From NCBI RefSeq assembly GCF_001194135.2, contig NC_068985.1, positions 62,990,239-63,054,238 on the forward strand: 64,000 bases of DNA. Direction: 5' to 3'. The notes under the pieces were generated by a model. It worked only from the letters and a program-made list of their open reading frames with translations, was not told the DNA's origin and made no database searches. This DNA comes from Octopus bimaculoides (lineage: Eukaryota). Below, piece after piece: positions 11,456 to 21,969 of this stretch. The translations under genes were made by a program, and so were the position numbers. Within the stretch, counting starts at the first letter, position 1. Each line of letters begins with the position of its first letter.

Positions 11456-14400
11456 GTTCTCTATTTACAATATTTGACAAGTCAAAAGATGACAGAACAT
11501 CTGGTATATTGATGCATTTCAAAGATGATGCTTCATCAGTCGAAACTTCAGTGAATTTGTTTTCTAGTTTTACACAAACTCAAGCCAAATCATTCCCTCA
11601 GCAATATCAACTTGAAGTTCTTCTTAGTCCTTCTAGTTCTTCTTATTTCCAGTCTAGTTCATCTATTTTACTTTCCTCAAATAATTTACAAACTAATGGC
11701 CCCTCAGTTTCTTTGGCATCATCTTTAGTTGAAGCTTGTCTTTCAATTTCTATGTTTAACAGTCTTACTGCCAATATTGAAGACCCTAATAATTTGCATT
11801 CCATTGAAATATCACAATCCGAATTTGTATCTGAAGGTGACAGCTCCATTTCAGATATTCTTAGTCCATATTTCCAACCACTTGATAACTTTTTTTCTAT
11901 ATCTAATTCTTTGTTACTAAATTCAACTAGCCAAATATTGAAATCTATTTTAGCACTAGAAAATTTAAATGATTCTATGGCATTGGAAAACTTTCCTGTT
12001 GTCAAAATGAAACCATTAATGAAGGAGCAGAACATCAACCAAAGTAAATTTGATTCACAGATTTATACCAGTTTTACTGGAGTCAATTCTTTAAATATTA
12101 ACAGTAGACTATTGAATATAAATACTAGTTATGCACATAATTTTAAACAACAGCCACACACTCAAATTAATTCAGACTCTCCATTTGATGAAATGATGTC
12201 AGAATCACAATTATTTTCATCATCATTTACTGTGAAATCATCACAGCCTTATATATCCCCTATTTTTCAAACTAAAAGTAAACTTCTCTCAGAGATGCAA
12301 ACTCGATCAGATTTTAATCTTAATGCAAAACAATATTTTATTCAGAAGAATATTAATTCTTTATCTACATTGAAAGATCTTATAACCAAAAAGTTTGTCC
12401 CTACTGAGACAGAGAATCTACATGGAGCTCTAATAATTTATTCTACCCAACAAATGCTATGGGCTAATTCTAAGACAGAAAGTATGTTACCATATCAATA
12501 TGATCAAACTAAACTATTTGTTCTTCATCCTTCACAATCACAAATTTCTCAAATAGATGAAATAGAAAGTCTGTATCCAATCAATAAAAATCAAATATTC
12601 TTATACAGTGACCATTTCTTGGGATCTTTTCAAAGTGCAATATCCCAGAGTTATTCAAGCCCATTTAAACATTTTACCACAAATGAGAGATCATTTTCTG
12701 ATTTGAAGTTCTCTCTATCAGGAAAGACTTTTGCCTCAGTAAATGATCCAGCTTCTTCCACTTTTAGAAGACCTATTACCAATTCGGATTATTCATTGGA
12801 ATCTAATTCATTACATCAGCCAAAATTTGTCAAACTAACCATATCTCAGTTGATCTCAGCTTATTTTGATGAATCTCAAATACGTTTTGATAGTAAAGAG
12901 CTTTTATATATGGCAACTGCTGCTACCATTTCGGAAATACCTCAACAACAAACAAAATGGTTAAGTAACTCTTTCAATTTTCAGAAATCTTTTCACAATA
13001 ATTTGTATCAATTTATCATACCAATGTCTCATTTTAATGATAATCAATCATTACTACCATCATTAAAGTCTGAAACTTGGGATATATTTAATGAATTTTG
13101 GAAATCAAAACTTGAGCCAGTGATAATGAAATCATCTGAAGCTAATCTTTTTGGCTCTAATAGTGATAATTTAGTTCCATCTTTGAGACATCAAACAACA
13201 GATGTTGTAAATCCTACCCAGAGCATGTTACAACATTTCTTGGAGAATTTGTATACAGAGTCTGATACAAAAGAATCTCCATACTTATCAAATACAGAAA
13301 TATTGGAACCATCTGAGACTGTGAGTTTAGTTAATGTTGAGGACTTTTTGTTGAGGACCTTACAAAATATTTTCCCATTATTTGTGTCTTTAGGAAGAAC
13401 TAATACAGACACTTCCTTTACTTCATCTTCAGAAGAATTATTTCATTTACTAAATTCAGGTCTTTCATTTCATACTCAACCTTCTCACAGCATGGAACTT
13501 TTACAACCATCTACTCACACATACATTCCTATTACTGATTTATCTGAACTATCTTTAACTTCTTCACAGATTCAAATGCCATCAAGTTTTCAAGGTCCAG
13601 TTAATTTTGATCTTATGAACAAATTTTCTTCACCTAATATGATCTTTTACTCAGATTCTGAACAAATATTTCAAACCTCTCCTGAAAATTTCCAACCATC
13701 TCTTACCAAATCAAATGTCTTCAGTGAGGGGCATGATAGTTATATTTATGATAGCTTACACTCAAAATTGGAAATTATTACAGCACCAAAAGATTCATTT
13801 GATAAAACTCAGAGTTATTCCAATCCTGTTATTTCCAGCCATATTCCAGAATTAATTGATTCATATTCAAGTTTTTCAACTTTAGAAATACCTGAAAATA
13901 CTTATTTCTCTACGTCTTTATTACCTCTAACATCATTGAAGTACTTAATTAGTACATCATTAACTCCCGAAGTAATTTATTCAAATCCTTTTCTGCCTAA
14001 TTCCATTCAGTTTGATAAACCAAAATTTTCACTATATTCTCCTGAAATAATTGAAATATCTTCTATGATTGATCAGTTTACACAAGAATTGCCATTGATT
14101 ACAACTTCAGTTATTGAAAATACCATAGAATCAAATTTCAAATATTCTCCAACATCTACTTCTTCACAAAGTTCAAATTTCATTAGTTCCACAGAAAATG
14201 GAAATACTTCCATATTGGCATCATCCTACTCCAGTAATTCAGTGAATCCTGTTTATGATTCTTCAGTGATAAATGTTGCTGTCACCAATTTTACCATGCA
14301 TAATAGTTTGGTATCAACCTTACATTCTGACATTGACTATCAACTGGAATCTATATATTCATCATCAGAATCTGTTTATCTATATTCATCTCAGACACCA

Positions 14401-14848
14401 CTGTTTGTGTTGTCAAGTTTTATTAGTGAAGATAAAGAATCTAACCATTTAATTCCAGAATTTAGCTATCTGTATTCATCTCAGACATCTATGCTTGTAT
14501 CATCAAGTTTTATTAGTGAAGATAATTCAAACCCCAAATCTTCCTCAAATATATCTAATTCTAGTGTATTCGCTTCAAATAATTTAACACTTTCATCCAA
14601 ACAAATGGCAACTTTGTTGATATCAAATTATACTTTAGCATCAATTAATATCAATACTTCAACAAAACAAGAGTCATTGAATAATAACTCTGAAACAAAG
14701 CGAATTTCAAATCTTTTGACTGCTACAGAAAGTAGTTCCATGCAAAAAGCTGAATTTTATGCTTCTACTTCATCTGTATTGGAAATGTTTTCTCGAAACA
14801 TGCAGCTCAACAACAGCCTTTATTTTCAACATTTTTGGATTGTTACAA
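11456..14848 (+). CDS. Giant internal coding exon, about 1131 aa, Ser/Thr-rich mucin-like extracellular region of an unidentified protein (partial gene)
   Basis: Uninterrupted 3.4-kb ORF in AT-rich DNA, bounded by ttcAG| and |GTAAGC. Length 3393 = 3 x 1131, phase 1 at both ends. Very high Ser, a single Cys, and clustered N-x-S/T sequons near the C-terminal end. Confidence 0.85.
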
Positions 14849-14854
14849 GTAAGC
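14849..14854 (+). promoter_or_regulatory. 5' splice donor GTAAGC
   Basis: ACAA|GTAAGC; encoded composition changes abruptly afterwards and (TA)n/(GAT)n-like tracts follow. Confidence 0.7.
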
Positions 14855-15830
14855 CAATTTTAGTGATATTTCTATTTTTACTTGGTCACACAAAATACTT
14901 TACTGTTCTGTGTCTTTCACATTCTTCCTATATATATATATATGTTAATGTCTTATTTATAGTCAGAAATATGGTAGAATCTGCTGTTGCTGATGATGAT
15001 AATGACAGTGATGGTGACGATATGATTCTCATTGTAGAATCTGTTGAAGCATTGCTGTATAAAGAAAGCAAAACATGAAGTTTGGTTTATTTCCTTGGGC
15101 CCGAATGTCAACATGTCAAATACTAAACTTAATATCAGTGACATGGAGCATGGCACTGCAGGGACCTTGGCAGATATGTAATACAGGAGATGGTACATCT
15201 TGTTTAATTTTATTGCGATTTTCTTTCTGTTTATTTTGTTTCCTCAAAGATTTACTATTTGGTGGCCAGCTTGGAGTTCCTAACATATCTAATCTTTAAG
15301 ACCCAATTAAAACATATGTTGCTAACCCACCAAGTTTGTTGAATTTCCATTTTTTAATTGTATTAACTTGTTCTGAACCTCCCCACCATCTGAGGCACTT
15401 TCATGCAGAGCTTTGTTTCCTTTCCTTATAACTACTTTTGTTAATCTCTTCCCCTTTTCACTTTTGCTGCTGTTTCTAGCACAGTGAGTGTCTCTATAGA
15501 TACTACCATATTGGCACATTTTTAGCAGGTCTCCTTTTATTGGTTTGTAGGTGTTAGATGTGAACAGAAACCATTGTTCTTCCTCTATAGGGAAGTCTGT
15601 GAATCAGTCTGTTAAGGTTTCTAATAGAATCTAAAAGAACTGTGGTTTAAAGATAATGTAGCAGCACAGAACCTCAAACACTGGGGGTATTCAGATATTG
15701 TTCACGATTAACAATGTTTAAAAAAGGGACAACCTTGAAAAAATGATTATTTTCAGGGAAGAAATTATTATTTATGATTCTGTAAAATTATGAATATTAT
15801 AATTGATATGTGTGTATGTGTATATATATA

Positions 15831-15857
15831 TCTATGTATATAAAACTGAGGACGTGT

Positions 15858-15928
<71 letters not shown>

Positions 15929-16030
15929 CCCACAGAACTTTTGAAGTTCACAACCGATTTTCTCCAAATTGGGAACATACATTACTTATGTTCCAGAGAT
16001 AGTTTTAGACTCTTAAAATTTTTCACATAA
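15831..16030 (+). mobile_element. Possible non-autonomous Helitron-like fragment with internal (TG)n
   Basis: Starts TCTATGTATATAAAACTGAGG, then (TG)n, then aaccgattttctccaaatt. The assignment rests on pattern recall only. Confidence 0.35.
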
Positions 16031-16154
16031 TGAAGAAGGGGACCCTGGGAACAGAAAACCCCTTTTCCTGGGTAAACAATACAAGCAATTGCGTAACTTG
16101 GTTGCTTTGTTGGTTCAAGGGACATATTGATGACATTTTTTCTACCTCTATATA

Positions 16155-17002
16155 TTGGGTCATCCCATAAATAACACAGTTTTTTATACTTCTTTTATTT
16201 TTCAAAATTATAAGATAAACAAGGTTCCTTTTTAATCTAAAATTTATGATGAAAAATACTCTTCCAGTACTGTTCTGACTTCATCTACAGAATTCATATT
16301 TTTTCCATCCGAATGATTTTGAGGACTGCGGAATAAATGATAATCAGATGGGGCAATATCTGGCAAATATGGTGGGTGGAGCATTGTTTCCCATTCAAAC
16401 TGCTCCGGCCTTTGGAATGTCATACTTGCTGTATGTGGCTGAGCATTATCCTGATGGAAGAACACCTTTTGTCTTGAAACCAAATATGGTCGTTTTCCAA
16501 TGGCACACAGGTGTTAATGAATGGTTGAATGACCAAATCCAAGCTTCTCTGTTAGTTCCTCAACAGTTACAATGGAATTTTGTTCCATCAGGGTTTGTAG
16601 GATGTCCTCATCAAGCTCTACAAATCTTCCAGGATGAGACTCATCTTCTAGGCTGTAGTTTCTGGCTCGGAATTTCTGGAACAACCATTGACACTGGCTT
16701 ACTCTTATTGTCCAATCCCCATATACTGCATTAATATGCCTCACACTTTCCATTGCATTGTTGCGTTTATTGAACTCATAGAGCAAAATATGCTGAATAT
16801 GCTCCTTTGTCACTTCCATTATAGCTTTGAAAAAATGACTGTTAAAATTGAAATGCACTCTTCAAAATTTGCACTAAGAATAAGTACAAGGTAAAATTAC
16901 TACCTGCTTTTATAGTAAGCTGATGCAGCTAGTTTATCCTGTTCTCCTCCGACTTTTAGTGCATGTAATTGAAAAAACTGCATTATTTATGGGATGACCC
17001 AA
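16155..17002 (-). mobile_element. Internally deleted mariner (DD34D) transposon, 848 bp
   Basis: About 30-bp TIRs TTGGGTCATCCCATAAATAA(CA/TG)CAGTTTTTT; TA on the left, TG on the right. Transposase MEVTKEHIQHILLYEF... and HQDNAQPH...HPPYLPDIAPSDYHLFRS with D34D spacing. Confidence 0.93.
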
Positions 17003-17233
17003 TGTTATGCTTTTTCTCTACTGATCTGTTACGGAGCTGAATTGATGCTGCTTTCCAGTGATTGATAGTTATCTGAATTCACTGCCAATCAACAGTTTTT
17101 GTAGCAAAAATCTCAGATGGTTCTGAGATTTTAGTACTGTAGCAAAGCTGTAATCAAATTGTATTACAGTAGCCAGTAGTTGTTCGTGTGTTCTGATGCT
17201 GACAAAATGACAGACGTGGGCAGCAGAACAATT

Positions 17234-17450
17234 GTGGCTGCATGGTAAGAAGTTTGCTTCACAACCACATGGTTCCAGGTTTAGTCCCACTGTGTGACAC
17301 CTTGAGCCGACCAAAGCCTTGTGAGTGGATTTGGTAGATGGAAACTGAAAGAAGCTCGATGGATGGATGGATGGATGGATAGATGACGGACAGACAGACA
17401 GACAGACAGATGGCCATAGTCTAGTGACTGAAACAAGTAAAAGATAAAGG
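17234..17450 (+). mobile_element. SINE family A, old deleted copy with (GGAT)n(GACA)n insert
   Basis: A-box ggctgcatggtaag, B-box-like ggtttagtccc, gtggatttggtaga block, tail tgactgaaacaagtaaaaga. Confidence 0.75.
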
Positions 17451-17654
17451 ATAAAATATATACTCTCCAGTACCAAAAAATTGTACAAAATATACTAGAA
17501 TCAGCAATAAAACAAACATGCAAATTAACTAAATATTATTTCTCATATAAATCTGTCCAACTATGAAGAAAGTATTAAATCCTTTCATTAGGCAAGCTTT
17601 TGATCTCTGCCTTACAGGGCATTAAAAAATCAGCGCTTCAGAAGAAAACAAGGA

Positions 17655-17785
17655 ATTCTGGTTTAAGCACCCCATATAACTCCTCATAACTTTTTTATTT
17701 TTTCAAATTTTCAGAAAATTTTTGTGAATTTGTGTTCTACGCATGGGAATTCATATGATTAAGGAAGAAAAAATTTTTTTTAACC
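17655..17785 (+). repeat. Left arm of a ~130-bp inverted repeat (partner at 21853-21969)
   Basis: attctggtttaagcaccccatataac... matches the reverse complement of ...gttatatggggtacttaaaccagaat. Confidence 0.75.
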
Positions 17786-17934
17786 CCATAAATCTTAAAA
17801 GTTCCACTCTTTTTCGAATGTTTTTTTGAATTCAGAGTTTGAAATACAGACCGTTCTTGAGTGCATCATTATTCCATTAAATGAGTTTATGGGGAGAAAA
17901 AAATAGACACATAACAGAATGATAAAGAAATGAG

Positions 17935-18139
17935 TGTAGCTTTGTTAAGCTATACACAAATAAACTCACAGAGATGAGAATGTATTAGTGAAAGATCTAT
18001 TCCCATAAGTACATCAGGGTGACAGCCACCTCTTTAAGGCCAACTCGACTGAAAGTCTACTTCACTGCAGACCAGATCCCTAGCTAGCCTGCAGCAAAGT
18101 TCCTGTCTGAAGTTTGTCTGTCATAAACCCTGCCCTACA
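17935..18139 (-). repeat. 3' LTR (205 bp)
   Basis: TGTAG...CTACA termini, adjacent to the polypurine tract. Confidence 0.9.
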
Positions 18140-18152
18140 TAGCTCCCCTCCC
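18140..18152 (-). promoter_or_regulatory. Polypurine tract GGGAGGGGAGCTA
   Basis: Immediately internal to the 3' LTR. Confidence 0.85.
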
Positions 18153-21100
18153 GCTAGAACTGTTGACTGTCATTGGAACCAGGAAGACGTTTTAATTGGA
18201 GAGTGGACCAGGACCTGCATCCCCTGTCAACAAGCCAAAGTTCATCAGCACACCAAAGCACCCCTTGGCAACTATGAACCACCACAGGCCCGTTTCAGCT
18301 GCTGAGATTTTCTTTTGGGGTGGTGTGGATTCCCAGCATCACCATGCAGTTGGGCCTGTTAAATCTGGTTGTCAGGGATTCCTTCAAGTGGCAGTGAAAT
18401 CTCTCCATTCCGTTGGCTTGTGGATGGTAGGCTGTTGTGCAGTTCATTGTGATTCCAAAACGGTCACATGTCTTCCACAGCTTTGATGTGAATTGTAGAC
18501 CCCACTCAGATGAGATGCTATCTGGGACACCAAAATGGGTGACTCAGTTTGCAATGAAAGCTCAGCTGACTTCTTGTGTTTCTGTGCTGCAGGCCAATGG
18601 GTATAGCGGTCTACCAAGGTCAATGAGTGTAGCGGTCTACCAAGGTCATTAGGTATAAGCAACCTTGTGATGGTTGACAAGGGTGCTGACAAGGTCGATA
18701 TTGATGTGGCTGAAACAGGCGTGGTTCATAGTTGCCAAGCGGTGCTTTGGTGTGCTGATGAACCTTGGCTTGTTGACGGGATGCAGGTTTTGGTCTACTC
18801 TCAAATTTGCTTGGCCATACCATGCCAAATAAATCTGCTTGACAGCAGGTGCTGTGTGGTTGTAGTACCTGGGTGGGACAGTCTGTGAATGACATCGAAA
18901 ACTTTCCTGTGCCAGGATGATGGGACAATTGGTTGTGGCTTCAGACAGTAGGGTTGTGCCGTTGGAGCCAATGTGCACATTCTGCAAGGAAAGTAACATG
19001 ATGGCAGTGCGGTAGGACCTGATCTCATCATCTGTCTGTTGGGCTGTAGCCATAGTCACGTAATCCAGGCCTTCTGTTATTGGAGCTAGGTAGGTGTGAG
19101 AACAGGTCGGAGCACAAGAGAGTGCATCGGTGACTGGGTTGTCTTTTCCAGCTATATCTTGGGCGTCTGTAGTATAGTCAGAAATGGTTGGTAGCTGTCA
19201 TTGCTGGCATGCAGACCAAAGCTCTGAGAGCTTGCTCATAGCAAAAGTGAGTGGTTTGTGGTCTGTGAACACTGTAACCTTGCAGCCTTCAAGGAAATAG
19301 CGAAAGTGGCAGACACCTAGATGGACAGCCAGTAGTTCCCTGTCAAAAGCACTGTATTTCTGTTCAGGGGGGTCATAGTTGTTGACTGAAGAAGGCGAGT
19401 GGTCACCACTGACTGTTGATGTGTTGTTCTAAAATACCCCCAAAGGCTGTGTCTGGGTCGTCAACTGTAAGTGCAGTCCATGCTGACAAATGGAGATGGG
19501 ACAGCATGATTGCTTTAGCCAGGGCCTGTTTTGTGGATTTGAAGGCTGAGATCATTGCACCATCCCACTTCACCTGTTTTTTTAACCATCTTTTGACAGT
19601 GCCTTGTATAGGAGTTTCATCACTCTTGCTGCAAAAGGGATGAAAAAAATGGTAAAAGTTTACCATGCCCTTGTGTAGAGCCTTGCTTGTGGTGGGGTGT
19701 GGAAAGACATGATAGCTTTTCACTTTTTCCAGCAGGGGTGTAGCATCTGCATCTGTGATTCGATGTCCCAAGAAGTCAATTTCTGTAACACCAAAAACAT
19801 ACTTGGCAGGGTTGATTACTAAGCCATACTGTTCCAGTCTATCAAAAAGAGTCATTAGGTGCTTCTTGTGTAGCTCTGCATTTTGACTTGTGATAAGGAT
19901 ATCATCTAAGTATGCAAAGACAAAATCAAGACCTCTGCATACTGTGTTCATCAAGTGGAAGGATTGTGCTGTGTTTTTCAGGTGAAAGAGTGTACATAGG
20001 AATTCATACAGACCAAAAGGAGTGATCATGGTGGTTCTCAGTACATCATCATCATCTTGTCCTGGTATTTGATGGTAACCTCAGATGAGGTTGACCTTCA
20101 GGAAGACCGAGCACCCAGCAAGTTGGGCTGAGAGATCCTGTATGTGTAGAATGGGGTGCAGTCAGATGTTGTATCTGCATTGAGACGGTGGTAATCTCTG
20201 TGGGGTTGATAACCTCCATTGGGTTTGGGGGACACATGCAGGGATGACAACCAGGGACTGTTTGATTGGCGAACTATGCCCAACACCTCCATATTGTCAA
20301 ACTCGGCCTTTGCGATAGCAAGTTTGTCTGGTGATAGATGATGTGCGCAGCTGTGCACTGGGAGGGACTGGTGGTGGGGATGTAGTGTGTCACTGTGGTG
20401 TATTGCAGGGATGGAGAATGTCGAGGTAGTGAGATTGGGGTGACTCACAAGGAGGTTTGAGAATTCATTCTTGGTCTGAGAGACGGTTGCTATGCGGNNN
20501 NNNNNNNNNNNGGGGGGGGGGGGGGTGCAGATGTTGCCAGAGACACAGAAGTGTATGTGTTGCTGTTGATGAGTCGTCTACCCTGCAAATCAACCAGTAG
20601 CAAGTGTGCTTGCAAGAAAGTCTCCTCTGATAATGGGCTGATGGACATCAGTGATGGTGAATGCCTATGTGTATTTTTGCGAGCCAATGTTGAAAGAAAG
20701 GATGTGATGACTGTACACCTTGATTGTAAACCTGTTGCAGCTGTTAAAGGTCGACCTCACTTTCCATAATGGAGGTCCCTTGCCAACGTTGAGATCACAC
20801 TGACTTCTGCTCCTGTGTCAATTAGGAACCTACATCTGGAGCTCCGATCACAGACATAGAGGAGCAGTTGATTGCATCTGCCGGCCACCAGGGCATTCAA
20901 TGGCAGCCAGCCTTGGAGTTTCCCTGAGCCAATGGGGAAGGGGTCCTGAAGCTACATGGTTGTTTGCTCTTTGTAGTCTTTTTCCTGAACTTTGTATGGT
21001 AGAAGCACAGGTTGTCTTGCTTAACTCTACCATGTCTTGGGTCCAACCCTGTGGTGTTTACCATAACATCACTGGATAAAAAATGCTTGTCGGCTGCTTT

Positions 21101-21551
21101 CACTAACTGCTGCAGGTCCTTGATCTCGGTCTGAGTTATGAGAGCTTGGACCTGGAGTGGTAACTTGTGGAGGAATATTTCCCTAATGCCAACATCTTGT
21201 CCATCAACTTCGAAGGCTTAGAATTACCTAATTCCTCCTCCAGTATCTTGGCTGCTGCTTCTTGTTCACTGCACCGGAATGTATTCACCAGTCTGTCTTT
21301 TAATGTGTATTTGTGTGTTGCTGGGGATTGGGTTAAAATGTCCAGCATCCTCGTTGCCGTATCTTCATACAGTGCCGCTACAACATATGAATATTTTGTT
21401 AGGTCTGCAGTTATTTTGTGTATGTTAATTTGGGTTTCTGCCTGTGCGAACATAGCTGAGCCCTCTTAGGCCAGAATTGTGGTAGCTTCAGTGTTGTTTT
21501 GTGATTGCTTGCTATGTTTATTTCGATAGCAAGAGCTGTTGTTCTATCACA

Positions 21552-21563
21552 CCGGGGTCACCA
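21552..21563 (-). promoter_or_regulatory. Primer binding site TGGTGACCCCGG
   Basis: Begins with TGG, 2 nt from the 5' LTR end. Confidence 0.85.
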
Positions 21564-21565
21564 GT

Positions 21566-21783
21566 TATAGCTTTGTTAAGCTATATACAAATAAACTCAT
21601 GGAGACAAGAATGTGTTAGTGACAGATTTATTCTTTTAAGTACATCAGAGTGACAGCCGCCAGTTATTTCTACCTCTTTGAAGCCCACTTGACTGGAAGT
21701 CTACTTTGCTGCAGACCAGCTCCCTAGCTAGCCTGCGGCGAAGTTCCTGTCTACAGTTTGTCTGTCATAAATCCTGCCTTACA
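21566..21783 (-). repeat. 5' LTR (218 bp)
   Basis: Aligns to 17935-18139 with about 27 substitutions (hand count) and one ~13-bp indel. Confidence 0.9.
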
Positions 21784-21852
21784 CAAGGATGGTATCAGGT
21801 GGTCGTGCTATGTGCTAAAATCAACAGTTAAATCACCCTTAAACCACACACA

Positions 21853-21969
21853 TAAAAAAGACATTTTTTTTGCATAATCCTGTGTGTAGAACATAAATTT
21901 GCAAAAGTTTTTTGAAAATTCTGAAAAATAACAGTTATGAGTTGTTATATGGGGTACTTAAACCAGAAT
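21853..21969 (-). repeat. Right arm of the inverted repeat flanking the Gypsy element
   Basis: Reverse-complement similarity to 17655-17785. Confidence 0.75.

Larger units (their letters stand above)
17935..21783 (-). mobile_element. Ty3/Gypsy LTR retrotransposon, structurally complete but pseudogenised (gag, PR, RT, RNase H, IN)
   Basis: Two related LTRs, PBS and PPT. gag LKLPQFWP/FAQAE; protease FLIDTGAEVSV (~20800-20830); RT MITPFGL...YLDDILI; RNase H ELLAVHL...FTDHKPL; integrase HPG...C..C and TTAYHPQANG. Many frameshifts. Confidence 0.95.
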
